The notes under the pieces were generated by a model, which had not been told where the DNA came from, did not search any database, and saw only the letters and a program-made list of their open reading frames with translations. Positions 18,308-26,726 of a DNA stretch of 64,000 nt are shown piece after piece. Where the stretch lies: assembly GCA_964631325.1 (NCBI GenBank), contig CAZVWJ010000003.1, forward strand, positions 28,171-92,170, read 5' to 3'. A program made the position numbers and the translations under genes. This DNA is from an uncultured bacterium (GTDB lineage: Bacteria > T1Sed10-126). The first letter of the stretch is position 1, and each line of letters starts with the position of its first letter.

Positions 18308-19176
18308 TTAGAATTTATTGGTTCCAGGTGAATATATACCCTTTCGACGAGGTCGTGTTCAAGTAAACGCTGGCGCACTTTCTCTTCTTCCGCGTGCAGT
18401 TCCTCCAGTGTCTTATTCTTTCCTGCTCTGAGCACAAACGAAAGGTGAAGGCGTGGCCCTACGTAATGGGTTTTTAACTCAGTCGGCCCGGCAAATTTTG
18501 TTTTATTTCTGATAATCTTCTCAAATTCATTTTCCAGCTTTCTTTCGGCGGCCTGACCGGTTAAGTGGCCTAAGTTTTCTCGCAGAGTGTCAAAACCGAT
18601 TTTAAGGATAAGTAGACCGATTACCACGGCAATAATGGGGTCAAGTATCGCCCAACCGCAGTAGGATGTAATTAGGGCAAAAATAACCGTGGAATCAGCT
18701 AATATATCGCCGAACTGATCCTGGCCGATTGCCAGGAGAGCCGGGGAATTGTTACTTTTACCTGTCGTTTTTAAATGCCAGGCAAGCAGAAATTTCAGGC
18801 CAATCGAGCTTAATAAAACAAATAACGAAAATCCGGATAATTTAATTTCCTGGCCGTAGAGAAAGGTGCGCAGGGCGTCAAAATGGACGAAAACTCCACT
18901 GCCCAGGATGATAAAACCGACGATGACTCCGACGACCGATTCGTAGCGGTAGTGGCCCTCCGGGTGGTCCGAGTCCGCGGGTTGAATGCTGACCCAGAGG
19001 CCAAGATAAAGAATCAGACCGTAGAGAAAATCAGCCGTGTTATTAAACCCAACCGAGCGCAGTGAGGCTGAATCTGCCAGAAAACCGGCCCATAACTTTA
19101 AAACGGCAAAGACAAGGCTGAGTACCAGCAGTAAATAAAGCGGCCTTAAAACGGATTTTGAGCGGTTTGAATCCAT
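18304..19176 (-). CDS. Cation diffusion facilitator family transporter
   Basis: Six TM helices and CDF-like motifs (the HxxxD region) with a C-terminal cytoplasmic domain. Confidence 0.8.
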   Translation of the reverse strand: MDSNRSKSVLRPLYLLLVLSLVFAVLKLWAGFLADSASLRSVGFNNTADFLYGLILYLGLWVSIQPADSDHPEGHYRYESVVGVIVGFIILGSGVFVHFDALRTFLYGQEIKLSGFSLFVLLSSIGLKFLLAWHLKTTGKSNNSPALLAIGQDQFGDILADSTVIFALITSYCGWAILDPIIAVVIGLLILKIGFDTLRENLGHLTGQAAERKLENEFEKIIRNKTKFAGPTELKTHYVGPRLHLSFVLRAGKNKTLEELHAEEEKVRQRLLEHDLVERVYIHLEPINSN

Positions 19177-19218
19177 AATTTAAAATTTCCTTTTTATCAT
19201 ATAAGTCCACTCTAAGAA

Positions 19219-19259
19219 CTCTCCCCTCCCCTGGGGGGAGGGGATTAAGGAGAGGGGGA
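19219..19259. repeat. Family A hairpin repeat (cccctcccc-tgg-ggggagggg plus GATTAAGGAGAGGGGG)
   Basis: Perfect 9-bp stem. It aligns with 331-372. It lies downstream of the radical-SAM gene. Confidence 0.7.
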
Positions 19260-19361
19260 TTGGCTTGAATCGCCGATTCACCTCCATCTAAATAACGCGT
19301 ACGCGTCACAGGCCTTTCCCCATCAAGGGGGAAGATTTTTTAAAGTGGATTGATCATATTT

Positions 19362-20501
19362 TCAATAAATAAATTTATCGACAGGATAATAACAGAATGA
19401 CAGGTTCTTCTTAAGGGATTTTTCAATTATATTTTTCTGTTTCCATTTTTTTTTGTAATTTAAGGGGCACAAATTTTCCTGGTCGGTCTTTTTTGTCCAG
19501 CCAATTTTTCCCTCTGAAAGAGGACTCAGAAAGATTAAATCTTCTTGCTTCAGCGGAAGGTCGGCCAGTAATTTAGCGGTTTCCCTTGGGTGTATTTCTG
19601 CATATTTCTCTCCTCCTGCTCCCAAAAGCACGATAATTCCCAGCTTGATTTTGGCCTCTTTTATAATTTCAACGCTTTTTTTGAACAGGGGAATATCAAA
19701 AGGTTTGTTGAGTTTTTCCAGCAACTGACTACTGCCGGTTTCCAGGCCCAGGTAAACCCGCTCGAGTCCTAATTTTTTGAATTCTTTCAGCTCCTGTAAT
19801 TTTTTTTCTTGTGCAAGAAATCCCGAACCAAAGCAGGCAACCGGTTTTGAGCTTGTAGCTGGGCTTTCTCGCACAGCTTTCAGCGCTCCGGTGATCTTTT
19901 CCGCCGGTGCGGCCAGTCCATCTCCGGCTCCCAGGAAGATGCTGTTAAAATAAGGTAAGGTTGGCCTGAAAAATTCCAGGACATTCTCAAGATGTGTTGA
20001 AAAATCCGCTTGATTTTTGACGGTGTAAGAGGTGTTTTCGTAAAAATCACAGAATCTACACTGGTTATAGGAACAGCCCGTCGTTAATTGCAGAACCAGG
20101 CTGCGATAACAGTCCGGCGGAAGAATCGGCACTTTTCTGTAGATCCGACTAAACTTTTCCTGGTTAGTTCTGTATTTTTCTTTCGACCAGGGGCCGGGAA
20201 AATCATCGATTTTGAACCGGTGCCGGAAAAATTGCCAGGCTTCTTGATGAAGCGACTCCAGGCGGTTCCACTTCTGGGGTTCATTTAATGTTTTTACTGG
20301 CGGTGTGAGGGTTTTTGTTTTGTTAGCTGGATTACTTAAATTTATCTCCTGGAGCTGTCCGTTCCAGCCCCGTTTATATTTGATTTTTCCCTTGAGGGCG
20401 GTCCGCAGGAGGCCCCGCCGGTCAAATATCCAGGAACGGTTGTTATCCGGGTCGGCCCCGGAGATTAAACCCCGTTTGCAATAAATTTTTGAATTATTCA
20501 C
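19362..20501 (-). CDS. Radical SAM domain protein (CX4CX2C) with a basic N-terminal extension of about 130 aa
   Basis: The motif is TTGCSYNQCRFCDFY. A glycine-rich SAM-binding region LGAGDG is present. Confidence 0.6.
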   Translation of the reverse strand: MNNSKIYCKRGLISGADPDNNRSWIFDRRGLLRTALKGKIKYKRGWNGQLQEINLSNPANKTKTLTPPVKTLNEPQKWNRLESLHQEAWQFFRHRFKIDDFPGPWSKEKYRTNQEKFSRIYRKVPILPPDCYRSLVLQLTTGCSYNQCRFCDFYENTSYTVKNQADFSTHLENVLEFFRPTLPYFNSIFLGAGDGLAAPAEKITGALKAVRESPATSSKPVACFGSGFLAQEKKLQELKEFKKLGLERVYLGLETGSSQLLEKLNKPFDIPLFKKSVEIIKEAKIKLGIIVLLGAGGEKYAEIHPRETAKLLADLPLKQEDLIFLSPLSEGKIGWTKKTDQENLCPLNYKKKWKQKNIIEKSLKKNLSFCYYPVDKFIY

Positions 20502-20660
20502 CTGTATCCTCCGAATAAATTCACCTGTTGGCTAAATCTGAAATAATAAACCTTATCATATTTTGTTGAAGGTTACTTTGAAGAAAATTGGTGTTTAAAA
20601 ATCTCAAGAGATAAGTTATCATTGTTTAGAACCAATCAAAAATTATAGAAAGGGTGATTT

Positions 20661-21044
20661 GTGATGGCTGAACGGCTTGAGGTTTATGAGTGTGAGCTCT
20701 GTGACAATGTGGTTACTGTTTTGCGCGGCGGTATGGGAGAATTAGTCTGCTGTGGACAGCCGATGGAAAAACTTGAGGAACAGACTGCTGATTCATCGAC
20801 GGAAAAACACGTCCCGGTTATCGAGGCGACGGAAGCGGGCTACCGGGTGACAGTGGGCAGTACCCTTCATCCAATGGAAGAAGAACATTACATCGAGTGG
20901 ATTGAATTGCTCGCGGACGGTGTTTCCTACCGGAAGTTTTTACAGCCGGGGGATGAACCGGTAGCGGAATTTGAAATTTCTGCGGACAGCGTCAGTGCCC
21001 GTGAATTCTGTAACGTCCACGGACTCTGGCGAGGTGAGTTATAA
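20661..21044 (+). CDS. dfx: Desulfoferrodoxin (2Fe superoxide reductase)
   Basis: The N-terminal desulforedoxin module has CxxC...CC. The SOR domain carries HVPVIE and a C-terminal Cys. Confidence 0.85.
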   Translation: MMAERLEVYECELCDNVVTVLRGGMGELVCCGQPMEKLEEQTADSSTEKHVPVIEATEAGYRVTVGSTLHPMEEEHYIEWIELLADGVSYRKFLQPGDEPVAEFEISADSVSAREFCNVHGLWRGEL

Positions 21045-21566
21045 ATGTTAGAAGCCGAAATGGAACAGGCGTTAAACGACCAGGTAAACGCGGAGCTGTA
21101 TTCCTCTTACCTGTATTTGTCGATGGCTTCCTATCTTGCTGAGGAAAACCTGGGTGGTTTTGCAAACTGGATGCGGATTCAGGCCCAGGAGGAAGTTGTC
21201 CACGCCATGAAAATCTACGATTACATCCTCGAACGTGGCGGCCGGGCAGTGATGCAGGCGATCGAACAGCCCGAGATTGAGTGGGATTCGGCGCTGGACG
21301 TGGCCGAAACCACCTACGAACACGAGCAGAAAGTGACGGCAAGTATTAACGACCTGGTTGATCTGGCCGAGGAATTGAGCGACCATGCCACCAAACAGTT
21401 TTTGCAGTGGTTTGTCGAGGAACAGGTCGAGGAAGAGGATTCGGCCGATGAGTTGGTTCAACAGTTGAAGATGGTTGAAGGTGACGCTCGCGGTTTATTA
21501 ATGCTGGACAAGGAATTGGCACAGCGAGCACCATTAGTCCAGATGCCCCAGGAGGAGGCCGAGTAA
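21045..21566 (+). CDS. ftn: Ferritin (non-haem, Ftn-like)
   Basis: [22 protein letters not shown] and [16 protein letters not shown] are ferritin di-iron ligand motifs. Confidence 0.8.
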   Translation: MLEAEMEQALNDQVNAELYSSYLYLSMASYLAEENLGGFANWMRIQAQEEVVHAMKIYDYILERGGRAVMQAIEQPEIEWDSALDVAETTYEHEQKVTASINDLVDLAEELSDHATKQFLQWFVEEQVEEEDSADELVQQLKMVEGDARGLLMLDKELAQRAPLVQMPQEEAE

Positions 21567-21567
21567 C

Positions 21568-22056
21568 ATGGGAATTACTTATAGAGCGGAAGAAGTTTTC
21601 GAAATGGCCGAACAGATCGAGCGCAACGGCGCCAAGTTTTACCGGCGTGCGGCCGAGTTAAATTCAGTTCCTGAAAATCAGCAGTTTTTAGAAGAACTGG
21701 CCGTGATGGAAGATGACCACCAGGCAACCTTTGCCGAGATGCGTAAGAGCCTCTCCGGAGTTGAACGAGGCTCAGCCGGTTATGATCCGGACGAAGAGGC
21801 TCAACTTTTTCTTGATGCCCTGGCAAACTCACATGGCGGTGAAGGTGATCCCGTGGCCGCCCAGGAATTAACCGGGGAGGAGTCCATGGAGGAAATCATC
21901 AAGACCGCCATGGACCTGGAAAAGCATACTATCCTCTTTTATCGCTCAATTATTGAGAACGTGCCGGCTGAATACGGTGGCGATAAAATAGAGAACATTA
22001 TTGAGGAAGAGAAATCCCACCTGGTTACTCTGGCTGGTAAGTTAAAGGAGCTATAG
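21568..22056 (+). CDS. Rubrerythrin/ferritin-like domain protein
   Basis: A four-helix di-iron family pattern (E...ExxH twice) with no rubredoxin domain. Confidence 0.6.
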   Translation: MGITYRAEEVFEMAEQIERNGAKFYRRAAELNSVPENQQFLEELAVMEDDHQATFAEMRKSLSGVERGSAGYDPDEEAQLFLDALANSHGGEGDPVAAQELTGEESMEEIIKTAMDLEKHTILFYRSIIENVPAEYGGDKIENIIEEEKSHLVTLAGKLKEL

Positions 22057-22130
22057 ATTTAAAAGGTAAGTAATTCCGCGACAGACCACCCCGGTTCGGG
22101 GTGGCTGTAAGCGGTATTTTGTGATTCAGT

Positions 22131-22301
22131 TTAGTTCTGAGAGATAGCCTCGACAGGACAGACCTCAGCACAGGTGCCTGTCTCTTCGCAGACGTCCTGG
22201 TCAATCGAGGCGGCTCCGTCGACCATCTCAATTGCTCCGACGGGACAACTGTCCACGCAGAGCTCACATCCAGTACACATATCACGGTCAACTTCGTACA
22301 T
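22131..22301 (-). CDS. fdx: 2x[4Fe-4S] ferredoxin (56 aa). It is below the 60-aa cut-off of the ORF track.
   Basis: The minus-strand translation is MYEVDRDMCTGCELCVDSCPVGAIEMVDGAASIDQDVCEETGTCAEVCPVEAISQN, with two CxxCxxCxxxCP motifs. Confidence 0.8.
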   Translation of the reverse strand: MYEVDRDMCTGCELCVDSCPVGAIEMVDGAASIDQDVCEETGTCAEVCPVEAISQN

Positions 22302-22482
22302 TAAAATCTACTCCTTAACTTTGTAATTTGTTTCAACTACTTTCAACTAAAGCCTTTAATATTTTATCATACTCGTCAATTAATTCACCAACTTTTCGAC
22401 TTATCAATCCAATAATTAATCCTCTCCTAAAGGTTCCGTAGATTGGCGTATTCCGGCAAATAGTCTCCTCCCCTTCCGGTTA

Positions 22483-22968
22483 TCACGCTTCAATTACCTC
22501 CCGGGCCATTTCTTCCTCCTCATTCCCGACTTTGCTCATAACTTGCCCGATTGTGTTTCCGGCAAAAACCTTACTCATCAGCCCGATATTCATTTTACCC
22601 AGGTAGACATCCCCGTTTTTAAGTTCGAACACGGTCCAACTGCAGGGCATCATTGCGCTGACAAAAGCGAACTCGTCGAGAATTTTGGCAGCGTAGGGAG
22701 CTTTGCAGATGTGGTAATTCCGAATCCGCTTAACTGTATCAAATCCTTCTCCCCTTTTTCTCAGTTTTTCGCTAATATCGGCCGGCTCAAGCGGCATGCC
22801 CCAGCCTTCGGTTGATTCAACAGCTTCTTCAACGCGCTCACAAACTTCTTCAAAACTGCCCTCCACTTTTTCCTTTTCCAGCATCAACTTCCGCATAGCT
22901 AAAACAAATACCAGTCCCGCGACCACCATCCCGCCGAGAAATGCCCCAGCAATAATCAACCAGTTCAT
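22483..22968 (-). CDS. DUF302 domain protein with an N-terminal TM helix
   Basis: The pattern NYHICKAPYAAKIL...MMPCSWTVFE fits DUF302. Confidence 0.6.
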   Translation of the reverse strand: MNWLIIAGAFLGGMVVAGLVFVLAMRKLMLEKEKVEGSFEEVCERVEEAVESTEGWGMPLEPADISEKLRKRGEGFDTVKRIRNYHICKAPYAAKILDEFAFVSAMMPCSWTVFELKNGDVYLGKMNIGLMSKVFAGNTIGQVMSKVGNEEEEMAREVIEA

Positions 22969-23066
22969 ATTAAAAACCTCCTTAAAATTTTGTAATACCG
23001 TAAATTTTTATTGTATTCTATTTATACTTTCTTATGCAGCGGATCGTGCTTCCTGTTTGACGGATT

Positions 23067-23111
23067 TTTACATTTTCAAGGCTCAGGAGGAGCTGTTCTT
23101 GAAAATGTAAA
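23067..23111. promoter_or_regulatory. 14-bp inverted repeat TTTACATTTTCAAG-N17-CTTGAAAATGTAAA
   Basis: Read from the sequence. It lies about 100 nt upstream of the DUF302 gene. Confidence 0.35.
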
Positions 23112-23313
23112 CCTCGGAACAGTCCGGACTGGCAGGCTGCCGGAACCAGATTCTGAGTCGAATACTTCCTGAATGAGCTTAGTTGGCCAGACATAATGAC
23201 GTGATAAAGCTTCAAACGCCGTTTGGGGAATGAGTCTCACAGGGAGTATGATACGCTGTTCCGGGGGGAGAAAACAAATAAATGAGATACCTGAGATTAA
23301 TAGATCCCCTCTT

Positions 23314-23745
23314 TTATACCCTGTAGATCTCTGTCTCCAGTTTTACCGGGACATCCAGGCTCTTTGTAATCAGACATTCAGTTTCTCCTTTTTCCAATAA
23401 ACTTTGTAGCTCAGCTTCGTCTTGTTCAGCGCTTATTCCAACTTTGGCGTGGAGCACAAATTCAGTAAATTCAAGTCCACTTTTTCCCTTTCCATAGTGT
23501 CCCTCACTGTGCACCTTGAATTCTTCGACTTCAGCGCCGGAACGACTTAAATATCCGAAAAAAGTCAATCCGAAGCAGGTATTTATAGCTCCGTTGAGCA
23601 ATTCCTCCGGATTTACTTTGTTTCCGTCACCACCAAATTCCGGCGGCACGCTGACCGGAATGGTCTCTTTTTCTTCGAAATTCAGTTCTCCGTCTTTCTC
23701 AGCAATCCACTCAAAATCAGTAGAACACTTGAAACTTCTGGCCAT
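23314..23745 (-). CDS. osmC: OsmC/Ohr family peroxiredoxin-like protein
   Basis: An OsmC-fold sequence with two conserved Cys (NTCFG, ECLITK). Confidence 0.75.
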   Translation of the reverse strand: MARSFKCSTDFEWIAEKDGELNFEEKETIPVSVPPEFGGDGNKVNPEELLNGAINTCFGLTFFGYLSRSGAEVEEFKVHSEGHYGKGKSGLEFTEFVLHAKVGISAEQDEAELQSLLEKGETECLITKSLDVPVKLETEIYRV

Positions 23746-23815
23746 TCTAAATCTCTCCTTTTATAGATATGTTTTTTCAATCCAACCGCAATAATTAATC
23801 TTTGCTACACATACA

Positions 23816-23872
23816 ACCCTTACCCGCAATTGTGCAATTGCGCAATTGCGGGGATACGCAAATTTAATATTT
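23816..23872. repeat. CAATTG-palindrome repeat, family C, copy 1 (three CAATTG units)
   Basis: ccgcaattgtgcaattgcgcaattgcggggatacgcaaatttaatatttt shares a 42-nt core with 30849-30893. Confidence 0.8.
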
Positions 23873-23897
23873 TAAAAGGTTATTAGAAAAGACGAGG

Positions 23898-24101
23898 TCA
23901 ACTCAGGGGACAGGTGCCGTCGGCGCAGGGAGCGCCGCCCGAATCGGTTCCTGTGGAACCGACGGCGAACGAACTCATCGTGCGCGAGGGCTTCATTGAA
24001 CCACAGCTTGGACATTCTACTTCGTTATCACGCTCTTCACTGGATCGCCGCAGGGAAAATTCATTGTCACAGTCCGGACAATTGTAGTTGTAAGTGGGCA
24101 T
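23898..24101 (-). CDS. FmdB-family zinc-ribbon protein
   Basis: CPDC...CPSC, two CxxC pairs. N-terminus MPTYNYNCPDCDNEF. Confidence 0.7.
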   Translation of the reverse strand: MPTYNYNCPDCDNEFSLRRSSEERDNEVECPSCGSMKPSRTMSSFAVGSTGTDSGGAPCADGTCPLS

Positions 24102-24131
24102 TAAAATTCCTCCTTTTTTTGAAGTTTTTGG

Positions 24132-25406
24132 CTAAAAGCTGTACCTGATTCGAGTATAGATATGATTGCTTTCTTCGGTTGCCCCGAACCTGGAGGCCGG
24201 GTGTTCGGCCCCGAAAAAGAAACTGCCTGCGTATAGAGTTACCGAGTCGCTCCACTCGTAGTCGCCACGCAGGCGAAGCCACCAGTCGTCCTCGCTCAAG
24301 CCTGAGAAAAAACGCCCCCGCAGGGTCAGCCGGTCGGCCATGTATTCACGTTTTGTACTCACTTGCAGGCGATAGCGGTTGCGGTCGTTGTAAGGGTGGT
24401 CGTCCGGCATTAAACTGCGGAGACCGGCCGCGTCTTCCTGGCGGAACCAGGAGGCCTGGGCCATGTAGGAAACATTCGGTCCATTCCGAAAACGGAAGCC
24501 GGTAAGCAGTTTATATTGATTCGGGGGTAAAGTACTGACCTCTCCGGCCCGCGGCTCACGGATATTTTCAAAACTTCCCTCCAGCCAGAAGACGCTTCCA
24601 TACAGCGGGCCGCGCAGAGAGAATCCGTAAGAAACCAGTTCGGGATAAAAACTTTCCGTGTCCCCCGGATTCCAGCCCCGGGGATTACCGGTAAAGCCGC
24701 GGTAACCGTAAAGGGCCGTCTCCCAGCGGCCAAACATCCGGTGGACCCGTAGGTGTGCTTCCCCTTTGTCCGGCGAATTCTCGGGGAGACCGGTTGTCGT
24801 TCCCAGTTGCTTTGCTTCCTCGGCAGAAACCAATTCACCCTGGCCGGGGTGATAGACTGGAATAGCCTGCCCCCGGGGGGTTCTATTCGGTTCAAACTCA
24901 GGGGTGAGCACGAGGTCTACGTCAGCGATGTCGTTGAACCATTTCAGTCTCACTGCGTCGGCGGGAGCCTTTAAAAATTCCAGGTCCCGGCCGAGAAAAA
25001 ATGAACGGTAGTCCTTGCTGAAGTGGTCGTTGACGAACTCATACTGGGCCGGGCCCCAGCTGAGCACCTGGCGGCCGGCCGTTAATTCGACGGAAGTAGA
25101 GAGGGGCAGAAAAATTGAAGCTTCCCGAACTTCTACGTCATCATTTTCTCCGGTAGTCTGTTTACCCAGCACCCGCAGGTTAAGCATTTCTCCACTGCGT
25201 CCATACCACTGGTTTTCCAGCATAAACCGGACTTCCTTCATGATATTCTGGTCTTCAATCGGTCCGTCGTCCTGGTAGCGGACACCGTAAGCCGGTTCCA
25301 CGTAGCCGCTGATAGGAAGCTCATTCGCAGTCTGGCCGGTAGTTGGAAGGACAAGTAACAGTCCTGGGATAAGAAGTAACAGCTTGAATTGAGTCCAGTT
25401 ATCCAT
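24132..25406 (-). CDS. Putative outer-membrane beta-barrel protein
   Basis: A signal peptide, an alternating amphipathic pattern, and a C-terminal ...YTRIRYSF ending in Phe. It is the last gene of the MMPL/LolA-like cluster. Confidence 0.5.
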   Translation of the reverse strand: MDNWTQFKLLLLIPGLLLVLPTTGQTANELPISGYVEPAYGVRYQDDGPIEDQNIMKEVRFMLENQWYGRSGEMLNLRVLGKQTTGENDDVEVREASIFLPLSTSVELTAGRQVLSWGPAQYEFVNDHFSKDYRSFFLGRDLEFLKAPADAVRLKWFNDIADVDLVLTPEFEPNRTPRGQAIPVYHPGQGELVSAEEAKQLGTTTGLPENSPDKGEAHLRVHRMFGRWETALYGYRGFTGNPRGWNPGDTESFYPELVSYGFSLRGPLYGSVFWLEGSFENIREPRAGEVSTLPPNQYKLLTGFRFRNGPNVSYMAQASWFRQEDAAGLRSLMPDDHPYNDRNRYRLQVSTKREYMADRLTLRGRFFSGLSEDDWWLRLRGDYEWSDSVTLYAGSFFFGAEHPASRFGATEESNHIYTRIRYSF

Positions 25407-25424
25407 CAGTTATACCTCCCTGGT

Positions 25425-26243
25425 TCAGGGTTTAATCCACGGGGTTGGGGGTCGCCGGAGGTAACGCTTGGAGAATACTCGTTCAGGAATACCGATGTCG
25501 TATTCTATTTCCGACATCTTGGCGACGGTGGTTGAGCCGGTCTGGTGGTTGACGGCTTTCTGTTTAACCGGTGTTGGGTGCCCGTCAATCACTTTCGTCT
25601 CCTCCAGGGTCAAAGTGCGGCCCAGTTTACCCTGGGGCGTGTAAAATTCACCTTTCAGCGGGAGCTTGGTTTCCTGGTCGATGTAGGCCCTGTAATAGGA
25701 GAATTCAACCATTTCCGGTTGCTTGGGATGTCCTTCGATGATTTCTACCGTATCTCCGTTCACGTGTCCGGTGCCTACGTAAGTGAAAGTATCCTGGCCG
25801 GGGTAACGGCCGGTCATGTCCTCGTAGGTGAAGTTAGAGCCAGCAAAACTGTTTCTTTTCTGGCTTCCCGTAATTCTCTGGACGAGGTCAACGGCAGGCA
25901 TATACAACCAGCGGTCGTCGTCCGCGCCGGGGTTGGTCCAGACTAAAAAGACCATTCGTTCGAGCTGAGGCGGGTTGTGAAAATAGGAGTAATATTTTTG
26001 CTTGCCCTCGCCCACGTCTTTGCGCAGAATGGAAAGCGTCCTGGTGCGGACATTGCCGTTCTTATCGGTAATTTTCATTTTAGCTTTCCAGCGCACGTCG
26101 TCACCCGGAAAATAAGCGGCCTGGTGCGATTCGCGGGCCAGCTCGCGGGCTTTTGATACTTCCCCTTCCGGGGCTGCGCCGGCGGGACTGATAACCAGTC
26201 CAACCAGAAATAAACCAATTAACGCCAAGATAGATTTTTTCAT
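25425..26243 (-). CDS. LolA-like outer-membrane lipoprotein-sorting family protein
   Basis: A signal peptide. Its size and position next to an MMPL/RND exporter are typical of LolA-like partners of RND-superfamily exporters. Confidence 0.5.
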   Translation of the reverse strand: MKKSILALIGLFLVGLVISPAGAAPEGEVSKARELARESHQAAYFPGDDVRWKAKMKITDKNGNVRTRTLSILRKDVGEGKQKYYSYFHNPPQLERMVFLVWTNPGADDDRWLYMPAVDLVQRITGSQKRNSFAGSNFTYEDMTGRYPGQDTFTYVGTGHVNGDTVEIIEGHPKQPEMVEFSYYRAYIDQETKLPLKGEFYTPQGKLGRTLTLEETKVIDGHPTPVKQKAVNHQTGSTTVAKMSEIEYDIGIPERVFSKRYLRRPPTPWIKP

Positions 26244-26320
26244 CGGTATACCTCCTGAATGAATTGTGTTAGAGTTCAGTTGTACAAAAATAGAGCAATA
26301 CTTTTTAATGTTCCTACCAC

Positions 26321-26424
26321 GTCATTCCGGAAAAGGCGCGAAGCGCCAGAAACCCGGAATCCAGAGATTATGTAATTATGGATTGCCGGGTCAAGCCCGG
26401 CAATGACAGTTTGTTAGAAAGTTC
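26321..26424. mobile_element. MITE-like repeat, family D, copy 1 (its left TIR looks truncated)
   Basis: gtcattccgg...gcgcgaagcgc...ggattgccgggtcaagcccggcaatgac-agtttgttagaaagttctg, with internal hairpins. Homologous to 30930-31137. Confidence 0.7.
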
Positions 26425-26525
26425 TGGGAACAGAGTGAAATTGTATTTTTAGACAGTTAAATCCCGTGTATCTTAGTTTTATAAAACAGTTGTCCTGTTA
26501 AAGACCATTCAGGGCCTTATAAGTT

Positions 26526-26726
26526 TCAGTCTTTCGAGCACTGCTCCAGGCCCAGCCAGCTGTAAAACCAGACGGCCGGACAGGTGCCGGTAAAGGCCGA
26601 TTGGATCAGGTTGAGTGCAACAAAACCTGTCAGCCACAGCCACTGGAGAGAATGAAACACGGCCAGCAGGACTGAAACACCAACCACTATGCCGGCAGTT
26701 AATCGAAGCGCCGCTTCAACTTTCAT
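26526..26726 (-). CDS. DUF2892 (YgaP-like) small membrane protein
   Basis: MKVEAALRLTAGIVVGVSVLL...GTCPAVWFYSWLG. Its ATG overlaps the stop of the upstream MMPL gene. Confidence 0.55.
   Translation of the reverse strand: MKVEAALRLTAGIVVGVSVLLAVFHSLQWLWLTGFVALNLIQSAFTGTCPAVWFYSWLGLEQCSKD

Noticed and set aside
20502-20660. Rex or PerR operator between the radical-SAM and dfx genes
   Set aside because: Only weak half-site-like sequences (TTGTTGAAGG, TTTGAAG) are present. This is not convincing without a motif scan.
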